64,000 nucleotides of DNA, taken from NCBI GenBank assembly GCA_010093605.1, contig MU004197.1:1054001-1118000 (forward strand), written 5' to 3'. The DNA comes from Lophium mytilinum. Taxonomy: Eukaryota. Below, one piece after another: positions 49,817 through 63,176 of the stretch. Each line of letters starts with the position of its first letter. The stretch's first letter is position 1. The translations under genes were made by a program, and so were the position numbers. The notes under the pieces are model-generated. The model saw nothing but the letters and a program-made list of their open reading frames with translations, did no database searches and was not told the origin of the DNA.

Positions 49817-50841
49817 GGAGGCAAGAGATGCCGAGGGTGTGTGCACCTCACTAGCGGAGGGAGGGGGTAGTGTGCCCTTCTTTGGACGTCTTAATAGGTA
49901 TGCCTCGAGGTCAGCATGTGTGTCATGCGCATGGTGCCTCACGGATCCATTTTCTTTCTTGTTTCAATATTACGGTCTCGGGACTGCAAGCGTAGGAAGC
50001 GCAGCGGATTGGGCGGGGTGTCTCGGTGCAATTGCGCAACGTCGAGTCAGAAGATACCCTTTGCTTTTCCTAATTGCACATTGCATTAGACAGAGTAGTT
50101 TCTGCATGTCGTCTTTCTGAGATGGCAATTTTCTTGCTCGAATCAGTTAGACAAGACTTCCTTTTTGAGTGCTGAGTGAGACAGATACTACGAGGATATG
50201 CTGCTAACATTCCGCGACTATTACGTGAGTTGTCCCATGCAGATTTCGGCGTACTACGGCAAGTCTAGTATGTGCACCAGATTGATAGATTTCCGGCGTT
50301 CCGATGGTGTGGTATGTAGGTACTTTGTGAGATCAGTTGATCGGTACAGCACAAAGAGCGGCTCTGTGGCCCTTTGTCTGGGGAAGCTGATCCTCCGCAT
50401 ATGCATGTATGATGTAATGGGTTCGAGAAGAGAATGCCCTTAATCCTAATCCTCATGGTAGTCCTACATTGATGTTCAGTCCTACAACCCTACAGCGGGA
50501 GTGAATGTCTCATTCAGAGCTGTCCATGATCTGCCCCCGCCAACACGGCATCCACTCTGGGGAATAGTGCCGGGCTTCGGCCTGCAGAAGCAATTCATAG
50601 ACATTACTTTTCGCCGAAGTTGGATGGTGTGGGGTCTAGACTAATCAGAAGCTGCTTATTTCCCCTCAGTGGCCAGCCCGGAGAAGCAGGGTTCCGTGCG
50701 ACTCGCAACACAAGTCAACTTCAGGCCGGACTTTTCCTCTCCCACAATTCACCGCTCCCCTCGAAAGTCTCCCTCTTATGATACTCTGGACTCACTCAAT
50801 TGCGGAATACTCGACACCAAGCCAACGCTTCTGCAATCGCT

Positions 50842-52778
50842 ATGGAGGCTCTTCTCCGCCAGTCGAGGTCCATGTGCCCGTTTCTCCATAAGACATCGCC
50901 CGCCACCCTGCGCTCGCTCTCCACCACGACCGTCGGCCACGATGCGTCTCCCGGAGGCGGTAGCATGTCCAACCTCCAGGTCATTGCGAGGCGCTGCCCT
51001 GTTATGGGAAAGGCCCTCAGCGTCCAGAGCGCTCGTACCATGAACAATGCCTTTGCCGGAGCGTATGGAGGCACGAGGGCCTACCATTCGAAGACCAGCA
51101 AGGCTAAGTTGCACACTTCTACCCCCAAGGAAGCGCAGGCTGTTGATGTTGAGAAGTTGCGCAATAAGCAAGGTAGGCGCGACTCCAGACTTCAAAAACT
51201 AGACTATCGATGACGATGGCACTTCAAGAGTCATATATCTAATTGCATAACTCTGTAGTTCCGTTCCCTCAATCCGCGAAGCCACCTGTTTCTCCTGCTC
51301 AGAAACACCATGTAGGCGCTCCTCCGGTACCGAAGGCGGCGCAATTCGATTATGATGGATTCTACCACAAGGAACTCGACAAGAAGCACAAGGACAAGTC
51401 TTACCGCTACTTCAACAACATCAATCGCTTGGCCAAGGAATTTCCCCGCGCGCACATGGCGTCCAAAGAGGAAAAGGTCACCGTCTGGTGCTCCAATGAT
51501 TACCTCGGCATGGGACGAAACCCCCACGTCTTGAAGTCGATGCACGAAACCCTGGAAATGTATGGGGCTGGAGCCGGTGGAACGAGGAACATTTCGGGCC
51601 ACAACCAGCATGCTGTCTCACTCGAGGCTACGGTTGCCAAGCTCCATGCAAAGGAAGGCGCTCTTGTGTTCTCCTCTTGCTACGTGGCCAACGACGCTAC
51701 GCTGGCGACGTTGGGAAGCAAACTCCCGGACTGTGTCATACTGTCTGACAGCATGAATCACGCGTCGATGATTCAGGGCATCCGACACTCTGGTGCAAGA
51801 AAGATGGTGTTCAAGCACAACGACGTAGCAGACCTTGAAGCGAAACTGGCGTCACTACCCCCCGGTGTGCCCAAGATTATTGCATTTGAAAGCGTTTACA
51901 GCATGTGTGGTTCGATTGGACCTATTGAAGAGATTTGCGACTTGGCAGAGAAGTATGGCGCCATTACCTTTTTGGATGAAGTCCATGCCGTTGGCATGTA
52001 TGGACCAACTGGCGCAGGTGTCGCCGAACACTTGGATTACGACGCGCACGTAGCTGGAAGGCCCCGCGGCACTGTTATGGATCGCATTGACATCATCACT
52101 GGAACACTGGGTAAGGCATATGGGTGTGTAGGAGGCTATATCGCTGGCTCCGCTAAGCTTGTAGATACGATCCGTTCTCTCGCGCCCGGTTTTATCTTCA
52201 CAACCTCTCTTCCCCCGGCGACGATGGCTGGAGCCAAGACAGCCATTGAGTATCAAATGAGCTACCAAGGGGACAGGCGTCTCCAGCAGCTGCACACTCG
52301 TGCTGTCAAGGATGCTCTCAACGCCAAGGACATCCCCGTGATGCCCAATCCTAGCCACATCATTCCGGTGCTCGTTGGCAACGCTGAAGTTGCGAGACAG
52401 GCGAGTGATCTTCTCTTGGAAGATTGGGGAATCTACGTGCAAGCCATCAATTACCCCACCGTGCCCGTTGGCCAGGAACGTCTGCGCATCACCCCGACTC
52501 CGGGCCATGTGCGTGAGTACCGCGACCATCTCGTCGAGGCTCTCGACAGCGTCTGGAACAAGCTCGGTATCAAACGCACCAGCGAGTGGGCTGCGCAAGG
52601 CGGCTTCATCGGTGTCGGCGAAGGCAAAGAAGAAGCGCCGCTTTGGACCGACAAGCAGCTGGGTGTCGACGACGTCCTGAAAGAGATGAAGGCCGGCCAA
52701 GGGGCCGTCGGCATTCTCGAGTCTGTGCTTGAGAATGAACGCAAGGCCACGGCCCAGGCGGTCAGTGCTGCAGCTTAG
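50842..52778 (+). CDS. HEM1: 5-aminolevulinate synthase, mitochondrial; intron 51173-51258
   Basis: Presequence with CP motifs (MCPF, RCPV); [48 protein letters not shown] (PLP lysine), INYPTVP. Confidence 0.98.
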
Positions 52779-53515
52779 TTGGATATGCCAGAGCGGGTTT
52801 ATAGTTGAGGATTCTTGTCACTCCTTTTGAATATGTTGGCGACGGATTGAGGCGACTATATGCAAATTCAAGAGCCGCGCTAATGCGCCATATTGCCTTG
52901 AACAACCTTGTATCCCTGTGACTGCTATTGCGATGACTATTGCGAAAGTGACTTGCGCTGACCTAAGATAACGGACCTTTCATCGATTGCCGCTGCTTAT
53001 TTCTCTTGACTAGATTAACATGACATAAAAGATTTAGATTTGTCGGTGAGAGGTTGATGTTGGTTGCCTAAGGCTCGTAACCCGCTGGCTCACTGGCTGG
53101 ATCACATGAAACCAGGAGGTAGACAGTGCTGAACGTACTAAGCTATTGTTCGCTATTGTCGAGTGAAGTAGTAGTATTGTTCCCTATTGAAGAACACACG
53201 TGACCCGAACATCCCTGCTCCTTGGCGGCACGACGCTCGGGCTAAGGATTCACGACGCCCTCTTGCAAAGTCGTCCTGAACTCTCCACCCACCTCATTTC
53301 CCCATCCTTCCTTTCTCCTCCTTCTTTGTTTTGGCTTTCCTTTCTCGATACCCACCACCTTGCAAATCCTTGCACAAACTCCCTATCCACGCCCTTTGCG
53401 CGCTCGCAGACGAATCGCTCCGACCCTCCTACCGAGCAGCATCGGACCGTGAATGCAACGCGCACAGCATACCAACTGTCGCGCCCTCTTGTGGTGCCAG
53501 TAGAAGGAGGGCGCC

Positions 53516-56500
53516 ATGGCTCCCAATGGGAAGAGGAAGAGAGGGGATAGGACTTACTCACACGATACCAACGAAGGCTCGAATCGCGCCTCACCTCACC
53601 GGCCACAGGATCTCGAGCTTGGGCAGCAGAGGAATCAGCAAAGCAATGCAAGAGGCGGTAGGCGTGGCAGCCGCGGTGGAAGAGGAGGGTCGAATACTCC
53701 TAGGAGCCCCAGCCTGAACGCGACAAAGCAGACGTCTCCTTTGACCAGCCAGGCCATGTCCCCTCCGGCCGCTCCAGCGATTCCAGCACCTAAACCCGCC
53801 GCTTCCGTAGCATCTCCCGTACAGCTTCCCGCGCCGATCGAGCTGCCATCTCTCCCATCACCCGTCTCTCAAATACCGTACTTCTACCAATACCTCTCAG
53901 AAGGACGTTTGTCATCATGGAAGGACGTTGGACGACAGGCTGTTATAGATGCCGCAACACAAGCGCAGTCAGGTCAGGATGGCGTCGCACTATCATGCCT
54001 ATTCCAGGAGCTCGTAAGAGCAGCTATGGATGGAAAGCTAGGTCCGGCCGAGGCCGGAGCTGTTGTCCAGGAAGTTCTGGCATCATCTCCGGATTCTGCA
54101 GCTACCGACTCCGCCTCTCTGTTCCTCGACTGTGTCAGTATACTGACCGAAGCCGATGCATCGAACCCAAACCTGGTCCCTCTGCTTTCCTCTACCGGCA
54201 TTGACCCGGCGCGTATGCGAGCGGAATTAGAAGTACCTCTTCTCATCGCCGACAATCTAGTTCGAGCTACCTTTGCCAAGATGGCTATTCGGAAGGGGAC
54301 GAACGCCCTCTATAAGCAGTCCGCCTACAACTTGCTTCGAGAGGAGAGCGAAGGATACTCGAAGTTGATGACAGAATACTTCACAACAGTCAACAGTGCG
54401 CCACCTTCCGACATCGTCGTCAAGGATACTTTTCAGAGGGTCAAGGCTCTTATTGGGGCATTCGACTTGGATGTTGGGAGGGTACTAGACATCACCTTGG
54501 ACGTATTCGCCAACTTGCTCGTCAAACACAACGAGTTCTTCATCAAGTTACTCCGGACAAGTTCATGGTGGCCGGAAAAGGTTGTCGTCGAAGGCGTGGA
54601 ATGGGAAGACCAAGGGTTCTCTTCCCTCCCAAGCTGGGCTCTCCCTGGATGCCCGAAATGGCATTTCACCGAAGAAGAGAAAGAAAGTTTGTCGAAACTC
54701 AGGGAAGTGCGCGACGCAAACTTCTGGGAGCGTGTTCGGGACCCTGCTGTTGGCTTGTCTGCGTATTTTGAACTTGGTAGTCGCCGGGTAATTAGTGATA
54801 CTTCTGTATTCAAGCTGAACGGAGCGGGAGACCCAATGGACATTACAGAGGTCGCTGCGGATGCAAAGAAGAAAGGAGAACCATCGGACAGCGAGAAGAT
54901 ACAGAAGTGGACTCAAGAATGGATAGCCGCGACGCACACTCTTCCACCCGCTGGAAACCGGATAGCTGCGCAGCTTCTAGGATTTAAGCTTCGTTTCTAC
55001 GCTTCAGATACCCGAGACGCGAGCGACATCCTGCCCGATAATCTTATCTACCTTGCTGCGCTTCTCATAAAGATCGGCTTCATATCACTGGCCGATCTCT
55101 ATCCTCACCTCTACCCGCTCGACGAAGACATGCCCGCTCTGAAAGCTAAGCTGGATAAGGAGAAGACTGAGAAAGAAAGAAATGCGCGCGGAGGAGGCGC
55201 CAGCAATGCTTTGGCCAATGCTGGTGCTCTTGTAGACGATACCAAAGATTCTCGTTCTCGGGAGGCGGAGAGGTTGGCGGCTTTGAGGGTCGAGGCCAAC
55301 AATAACAAAGGGTCTCAAAGCAAAGCCGACGAAGAAGAGAAGGAAAAGCTCCCGGAACCCATCGATCAAAAGACTCATCTTCTCCGAAGTTTGCTATGTA
55401 TTGGCGCGATCCCAGAGGCACTCTTCATCCTTGGCCGCTTCCCATGGCTGCTCGACATGTACTCCGACTTGCCTCCGTACATCTTCCGCCTGTTGAACCA
55501 TTCTTTGAGTAAGGTGTATCAAGACGTGCGGCCAATTCCGGATGAAGACCATCTGCAAGCACCGAAGAAATCGCCCATTGACAGATCAGCTAAGGGTGAA
55601 GGTCGGGCTACCGACTTTCCTCCCCGGAGGACTATGCGATGGCCAAAACTGGACCAAAAAGATAATCGCGATGGTGTTGATTATCGCTTCTATTGGGATG
55701 AATGGGCAGATAACGTACCTGTCTGCCAGACAGTTGACGACGTCTTCGCACTGTGCAACACACTGGTCAACCTCGTTGGCTTCAAATTTGGCGAGGACCC
55801 CGTGCTGCTCACCAAGCTCGCACGGATCGGGAAGAAAGACCTTCTCGATGACCCATCAGAGAAGAATACCAAACGCTGGATCGATTTGTCGACGCGACTT
55901 CTTGCACCCTCTCTCAGCTTCACATCACGGAATCCCGGTGTCGTCAATGAAGTGTGGGATCTCATAAAGACCTTTCCGACCCAGACACGGTACACGATCT
56001 ACGCGGAGTGGTTCACGGGCGCGACATCGCGGACTCCCCAAATGTCAACCAACTTCAATGCAGTCAGGCTCGAGACAAAACATGTGCTCAAGCGGATCAG
56101 CAAAACGAATGTCAAACCCATGGCACGATTACTAGCCAAAGCTGCTTACGCCTCACCCGGTGTCGTCTTCCAAGTTGCCCTTTCTCAAATCGAGGCATAC
56201 GAGAATTTGACGGACGTCGTTATCGAATGCGGAAGATATTTCACATACTTGGCGTATGATGTCCTGACTTGGGCCCTCATCAACTCGCTCGGTGGCATTG
56301 ACAGGGATCGAGTCCAAGCTGATGGAATGCTCACTAGTGCCTGGCTGCGGTCATTGGCTACATTCGCCGGAAGAGTGTTCAAGCGATACACCGTCATGAG
56401 CCCTACTCCCGTGCTGCAATATGTTGGAAGCCGACTCCTCCGTGGTAGTTCACACGATCTCGAGGTTCTTGAGCAGATCATTGTCTCCATGGCTGGTATC

Positions 56501-59500
56501 CACTCGGACGTCACTCTCAGCGATACTCAGATGCAGGGAATGTTCGCTGGCGAGTACCTTCGCCTACATACACTAGAAATTCATCTAGGTGACAAGCGCC
56601 ATGAGCTCAAGGCTCCTTCTAAGCGACTTCTACGCTCGCTGACCGACACTGGCCTCGCTGCGCAGCTACTTATCGCTATCGCCCAGGAGAGACAAACATA
56701 TCTCTTCCGCAGTGGTTCGAACGCCGCACCACTCAAAGTTCTGGGTGCCAACTTTGACCGGATCCATCAGATATTCGCCCAGTATCTTGAATTTCTCAGA
56801 AGCGGCCTCATGATTAAGGACTTTAACACTATCATACCTAGTGTGATAGCCTTGATCTCAGAATTTGGTCTCGATCCTTGTATCGCATTCGCCATATCTC
56901 GAAATAGCATCGCAGATGCTGTAGAAGAAGCCGCCGCTTTGCTCAGAGTAGAGGAAGCGGGGAGTCTTAAGAGGGTCAAAGAAGCCAAGGATGTCGCGCA
57001 ATCGCCCAGCAACGGTGATGTCGAGATGGGAGAAGCTTTGGAAACCCCTGTCACCAATGGCGATCATCCTATTGACATGGAACCAAAAACTCCCGCATCT
57101 ACGGACGTCCCGTCATCAACAAGCGATTCGCCGATCACTTCTGGCACAAATTCAGATGGGCCTTGGAACCCTGTTCTCAAAGATCTTATGGACCGCCTAA
57201 GACCACTTTTGCCAGCCGGAATCGAGGAACGGTTCAGCATATCATTTTATGTTACTTTCTGGCAACTTTCACTTCAAGATCTAAAGGTATCCGTCGAGGA
57301 ATACCACCGCGCGCACAAATACTGGGGAGATAGGATGCCGACTAATGATCGCCGAGATGTCAGCGCTGTAGCCGCAAAGAAGCGTGAATCAGACAGGAAG
57401 TGGATTGTGGAGGAACAATTAAAGATCACTGATGAAATGAAAGGTCAGATTCAGAGGAAAGGGTTCACAAACAAGCGCCTCACAAGCGAGAAGGAGCACT
57501 GGTTTGACGGCTTCCCTATGATGGACGCAAAGTCAGATCAACTGCACCTTTCCATCTTACAGGAATGCTTCTTGCCCCGCTTACTGCTTTCTCCGGAAGA
57601 CGCTCATTTTGTATTCGCCATGCTGAACCATCTTCATAAAGAAGCAGTTCCAGGATTCCGGACAATGAAGCTTCTCGACCAGCTTTTCAGAGAGAAGCAA
57701 ATGACGGCCTTGATATTCCAATGCACGGCACGAGAGGCAGAAAACCTTGGACGCTTCCTTAACGAAGTACTTACGCAGCTGAAAGGATGGCACGCCAAAG
57801 AGAGCGACTACGACCAGTATGCACTAGGTATCAAGACGCCGCAGTCTGGTGTAAAGTCCCGGCAGCGAGACGCCGAACCGCAGCAGCCAGGCGTTGGTAC
57901 GCTTCCAGGCTTTGGTAGATCGTTCAAGCCTGATCGATCTGCATCATCTTTCCTTAACTATCAAGATTTCCGGCGTATCATGTTCAAGTGGCATAGTGCC
58001 TTTTACAAAGCTCTTGATGCTTGTCTGAACAGCAGCGAATACATGCACATCCGAAATGCCATAAACATCCTCAAGGCTGTCAACAAGTGCTTCCCAGTTG
58101 TCGACGTTATGGGTAAGGGTCTAAAACAGGCGGTCGAGTCTTTGGCAGCTTCAGAAGAGAGAGGCGACCTGAAACTTTCCGCCAGTTCCCTACTAGTCGA
58201 CTTCAAGAAGGCAAAATGGGTTATCTCGCAGCTATTCTATACAGTAAGCGTCGACCAAGCACATTCGAAACTCAAGAGCGCCCATCATAACACGCGACAG
58301 AGCAAATCTGATCTACGTCCACCTCAAAACACAAGCCGGAGCAATTCTGAGAAGCCCGGTACCCCTCAGCCATCGACAAACAACCCTGGTCCTCTGAACG
58401 CTGCCGCTCCGCCATTCGCGCCTCGGTCAACTCCTGTGTAAGTGCCAGCCTTCCTTTTGAATGGTACCGCTTTCTAACATTCGACGCAGCAATGGTGTTT
58501 CGAAGCCAGGCCTCACCGGGAAAGAGGTTGAAGACGGTGAAGTCGAGGACGAAAAACGACAAGCCCTGGCCAACGCCTCTACTGCCACACAGTCCAACGA
58601 ACTAGGAACCTCGAAGTCAACAGCGCCACCTGTCCAAGAGAAGGTGCACAACCCCACAAGCCGGGAATCTGATCAATCACAAGTTGCACCGCAATCTTCG
58701 GAAACGAAGGCGACAGAATTGACGCCGCAGGCGCAGTCTGGCACCATTCCTACGAGGCCGGATAGTAGAGGCGGCCCGAATCGACCCCTTCATGCTCTGC
58801 CTGTTCGCCCCGATACCCAGACTCCTGTCCGTGGGGTTGGGCGTGTCGCAGATCGACCAGTCGACCGACCGGTCGACCGCCCTGCCGATTACCATAATCA
58901 TGGCCGACACGATGGACGTGGTGGTTCGAGCGCAGATTACGGTCGCCTCGACAGGCCTGGGGAGCCTTACCAAGAACCATTCCGAGGTCGCCATGACGGA
59001 TCGCCTGCCCGTGGTCCCCGTGGCCGGACCCCAGAACGAGGCGCACCGCTTGATCGAGACCGTCGTGATCCTGCTTGGCCTCAGAGAGACTCCCGTGAGT
59101 ACCCTGATGATCGTAGTATGCGGCCACCCCCTCGAGACATTAGACCCTCTGGCGGGCGAGGCCCAAACTGGGGCGACAGTCCGAGAGACACTAGAGAGCC
59201 AAGAGACTCTAGAGAGCCTCGCGATGTCAGAGATCCTCGCGATCGTATGCCAATACCGCCAATGGACTCAAGAGGTCCGCCCGCTCCAGCCGATAGCCGC
59301 ATTCGAATGCATTCTGGGCCGCCCTTGCCACCTGCAGGTGCAAGCCCTTACCATGGATCAGGTCGAGACGCTCCGCTCAATACCGATCGCCCAGGGTATA
59401 TGCCATCAAAGCCGCCCTTAGACCGTGCACGGAACCAGCCATTTGATCGTCCGCCGCCACCTAGCGATAGAGGCTCTATCAATGCTGAGCGTGCTCCGTT

Positions 59501-61214
59501 CATCGAGGACAGAACACGACCAGAGAGTTTCAATTCAGATCGGGACGTTCGTCGAGACCGAGGATCGCGGCCTCACTCTCCACGTCGTGACGACCGCGGG
59601 CCTCCTTCATATCCACCTCGAGGAGACCCTCCGCGTGATCACCGAGATGATCGTGGTCCGCCAGAGCGTCTCCCTCCGAGCTTCCCACCAAACCGTGATC
59701 GTCGGGAAGACGCCAATAACGATGCCCCTACTGGGCCTCGCGGTCCGAGGACTGACTTCTCACAGCCGCCCCCTAGAGGAGGACCCGAGATGTTCCAGCC
59801 GACTCGTGGTCTCAGGCCATCAGGAGAGTCTGATCATGGAAGATTGAACAAAGACTTCTCACTCCCACCGCGACCGAATCAACAAGAAGAGTCTACTTTT
59901 GGCCGCCTCAACGCTCCAACAGACAACATTCCTTCTGGCCCGCGTGGCAGGGCTACTGGCGGACGTGGTGGACGGAACTTCACAGCGCCCGCAGGTCACG
60001 GTTTTGCCCGAGGCGCCGATTCTCCTATAGTACCGTCCTCACCCGCTGCAGATCGACCACCACCAGGACCTCTGTCAGAGCGTCGTGATCGTCGAGAATC
60101 AGCTGCAATGGACACGATGAACCAATCTGGACCACCGACCCCGTCTACTGATAAACCTCAGGACATGTCAGGTATCCACCCGAGTCGCCAGACTGCATTT
60201 CAGGCTCCCCAACTGCAGACCAACATCCCACCCTCGTCGATGAGTGGTGCTCCATCTGGCCCTCGAGGCTCACAACGAACTCCAATCACCTCCACCGGTC
60301 CCTCGCCGACATCGCGAAACCCACCTACAGGGCCCGCGTCTTCCAATGAGCGTAGCAGCGGTCTAGAAAACAAGAATCAATTCGCTGCTACCTTCCGGCG
60401 ACACCTCCAACCGTCGAATCCTCCAGCTCAGCCTCCTGACAACAATGAGTCTTTCGAACGCAACGACCGCGGCGCTTCGATTCGCGGCCGTGCCTCCCGT
60501 CCTGGTGGCCCCATGAATTCGAACAACAACTCTGGTCACCACACCTCATCTCCTGGTGGCTCCCAGCCTTCGACTCCCAATCCGCAAGGCCCATCCCGGC
60601 TCGATCGCACCGATTATCCAGCACCTTCCCGTGGCGAAAATGCTATTCAGGACGATGGGCGCTCCGACAGCCGGACTCATCGCGAAGGCCGACGCATCGA
60701 GCGCACTCGACATCCTAGCCGCTCTGGAAGCGCCAAGAACACTGATCGGCGAGGCGAAGAGAAACCAAGAGGCGAGGAAGAGGGCAAGGAGCGGACGGAA
60801 CGTCCCTCCGGGCGCGAGAAGAGAGGCGGTAGTGATCGCGAGTCCGGGCGTCGCGAGCGCACTGAACGTAGTGAGCGCGAGGGCGGAGAACGAAGAGAGG
60901 GACGTGAGAGGCGTGAACGGGGTAGAGACGAAGGTGGAAGGAGGGAGAGCGGTGCCGCAAGCAGCAGAGGCGACGAAGGGGGATTGAGACGTGGTGGTCC
61001 GCCTATGGTGGAGGGCGAGACTCCCAGCTGGAACGATCAGCGCCCGGATGGCAGGAATGGCGATGGCAGGATGAGAGGAAGTGGCGATCGTGACCGTGGC
61101 AATGGGCGTGAGAGAAGAGATGGCGGACGAGAGGAGCGAGATGCACGGAAGAGACGTGGTGGGGATGAGTTGGTCCACGGGGACAACAAGCGAGCACGGA
61201 GATCGAATGCTTGA
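53516..61214 (+). CDS. THO2: THO complex subunit 2; introns 58244-58300 (probable) and 58438-58489
   Basis: LYKQSAYNLLREESEGYSKL, LIGAFDLDVGRVLD, AAQLLGFKL, VLKRISKTNVK, FYVTFWQLSL, EYMHIRNAINIL; long R/D/G/P low-complexity tail. Confidence 0.95.
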
Positions 61215-62382
61215 GCGATTCGGCATGAAGCTATCGGACGAAGTCGAAACGGCACAGCGACAGCATGTCACGGCACGAAGGGAACGACATTCGGCTTTTC
61301 TTTATCTGTTACAGCTATACTAGCGACTCGATTCGACACAAAATTGGCGACGGGACGAGATTCGAGTCGACCACATTGTAGCTTCCTCTCTACTTCAAAC
61401 TTTTGTTTTGTTCTACTACAATTATTTCCCATCGATCGAGAGAGGACAGGACAGGGCATGCATGGCAAGCAGGCAGCAGAAAAAACACACTTTCACATTT
61501 TGCACACGAACACAACCATCCGACTTGCGGGCATTGGGTCGGCGTTCTGTAAACTGCTTTAAAAAAAACAAATTCAATTTCGATATGCGACACTATCCGA
61601 GAGAGAAGGCCCCTCACTCGACTACACCCTAGATTCTCAGAGAGGCCACTTTTGCAACATCGAGATTTCATCCTGACTCTTTACTTTGGACTGCATTTAG
61701 CGAAGCGAGGTGTTGGTTGGGTACTGGTTTGGGTTCCAACATTTGTCTGGGTATGCTTGCTACTTGAGCATAGCGTGCGATCATTGTGCCGTGTGAAATC
61801 AGCGCTTTATGGCGAGCGTGCTGGAGCTGTGAGGTTCGTGGCTCAGCGTAAGACTTAACTATATGCAGGTCGTAGATATCAGAACTGTGATCTCTGATCC
61901 TGACTTTTATCTTTGCCACTCCTTGTTGAGCGTGATGCCGTGATTGATGCCCTGATCACCGAATTCTCTAATCGCATGAATATTCTGGATACAATGGACT
62001 CACGTTCGCCATGCCCGAAGGTAACCCGTGTGTGAATCTAGTTGCTCAGTGATGTCGGTGGAAAGGAGACGCTCATTTGCGTAGAGAGAAGTGGGGTTCG
62101 TAATGACGCAGCCTACGAACCCCAGCCTTATTTTAATAAATGATTGTAACTGTTTTTCTATGTATCCACAGTTCCTCATTCGTGCTTCCGCACGTACAGT
62201 CCCACTAACTGTTCTGTTCTCAGAGTTGTGCTTTCCGGGGTATTTGCAGAGAGGTGGGTGTGTGCCCTGGAATGGCCGAGAAGCCTAGCCTCTCCCGACG
62301 TAACACTTGTGATCTTTTAGGAGGCGAAGAGGCACCAAAAAGAAGAGGAAGCAGCCTGAGTCTAGCAGCCGGTCGGAGCTTG

Positions 62383-63058
62383 AAAAGCGTAGAGTACTGC
62401 AAACCCACCTCTTTCTCAACGACGCAAGGCAAAGTCTCCTCCAGAAGTTCTTCAAAACTACTTCAAGACTACGCGAATCACGTAATGGTGTCAGATACGA
62501 GATGGGAGGCGTGGTTGTCGAGTTATTCGTTGTAGAGGTCATAAGGATCCAAAAACTTGAGCAGCTCCTGTGTCGCAACTTTGTTTGGCCGCCGCCGAAA
62601 TTCCTCAATCGGGCAACTCTTGGCTATCGAAGAAAGCCACAAAAAGTGTGGAAGACCATAACACCCACCGCTAGATCGATGAACAGGAAGTTTTGTGGTT
62701 CCAGAACATCCTCAAATATACTACTGGGCCAGGGGAGAATTGTCCTGGAGTCAGATCTAAGCTGCGACGCGTGGTTGGTGAGCTATTCGTCAAGACACTG
62801 AACAACGCCGGACCGCTCGAGGAACCCTCGTTCCCGGCAACGGCGAAACAAAGATGCGAGCGTCTCCTTTTGGCAAGTCTTGGCAGCTTCGACGAGATCG
62901 AAAAGTGTGGAGTACCATAACACCCACCGCTAGACCGATGAGGCGGAGGTTTTACGGTTCCAGGATATCCTCAAAAATACTACTTCGCCGGGCAAATCGC
63001 GTCCTGTTGTCGGATTCGGGATGCGAAGTCTGGTTGTGAAGCTATTCGCGGAAAGGTG
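62383..63058 (+). pseudogene. Decayed three-unit (about 259-bp) tandem repeat, probably once protein-coding
   Basis: Units start AAAAG(T/C)GT at 62383, 62642 and 62901; in a hand alignment of units 2 and 3, codon position 2 varies least; stops and frameshifts present; strand not certain. Confidence 0.55.
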
Positions 63059-63176
63059 AGGGAGGCTCGAAAAGTCGGAAATGTGTTGCTGCCAAGCCTG
63101 GAAGGTTCTCACGTGCCTCTCAAAGTAGGGAGCAGCTGTGGTTTGCTACTCGGGGGGATGTGATGGTTGGTTGGCT

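Noticed and set aside
50870..51003. CP heme-regulatory motifs in the HEM1 presequence
   Set aside because: Real, but a well-known ALAS feature.
51855..52700. 281-aa - strand ORF
   Set aside because: Antisense shadow of HEM1.
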